In this document: in pieces, positions 63,839-64,000 of the stretch
Position numbering within the stretch: position 1 is the stretch's first letter
Layout of the letters: each line of letters opens with the position of its first letter
Position numbers and translations under genes: made by a program
Assembly (NCBI GenBank): GCA_963809485.1
Contig: CAWEJX010000021.1
Location: 1 to 64,000, forward strand
DNA: 64,000 nt
Source of the DNA: an uncultured Acidobacteriota bacterium
GTDB taxonomy: Bacteria; Acidobacteriota; UBA6911
Reading direction: 5' to 3'
The notes under the pieces: model-generated
What the model saw: the letters and a program-made list of their open reading frames with translations, nothing else
Told to the model about the DNA's origin: nothing
Databases searched by the model: none

Positions 63839-64000
63839 ACCCGTTTCGCGCAGAACACGCCTCCACATGTCCAGAGAGAATACCCCCATGGTCCAGTGAT
63901 CGGTCTCAATCCGAAGGCGTCCGTGTTCGCGAATGAGATACAGGATCGTCGTTTCGTACTGCTCATCCGTGGGGTCGGGGTCATACACGTTCTCGATGAA
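63830..64000 (-). CDS. 3' part of a gene entering from the right edge, probably a class I SAM methyltransferase (not in the ORF track)
   Basis: Minus frame from 64000 reads FIENVYDPDPTDEQYETTILYLIREHGRLRIETDHWTMGVFSLDMWRRVLRETGRK*. Confidence 0.6.
   Translation of the reverse strand, partial: FIENVYDPDPTDEQYETTILYLIREHGRLRIETDHWTMGVFSLDMWRRVLRETGRK

Overview
Chromosomal segment from a GC-rich anaerobic bacterium, probably Acidobacteriota (inferred from the kinase/PD40 protein, the MoxR-DUF58-BatA-DUF4159 operon and the repeat families). 1-27 kb is mainly anaerobic energy metabolism: an octaheme HAO-family cytochrome, hemY, a small tetraheme cytochrome, pyruvate:ferredoxin oxidoreductase (split by three +1 frameshifts, probably sequencing errors), a vorCBA-type 2-oxoacid oxidoreductase, and a group 3b NiFe hydrogenase operon interleaved with two-component genes. 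29-43.6 kb is an eight-gene MoxR/vWA/DUF58/DUF4159 envelope operon encoding two proteases. At 44.5-49.8 kb, just before a tRNA-Met, lies the best candidate for an undescribed system: one 1430-aa protein fusing a BrxC/DUF6079-type P-loop ATPase to a compact PglZ-like phosphatase domain, divergent from a TPR gene and with no other BREX genes nearby. After the tRNA comes an accessory, partly decayed region: a TAT-less reductive dehalogenase with nitroreductase and Fe-S flavoprotein genes, an intact IS1634-family element with long TIRs, pseudogenes, a Fic gene with a triple operator, and truncated TA-like genes. Intergenic spaces hold several families of nested palindromic repeats and MITEs. All family calls come from motif recognition by eye; no database searches were run.
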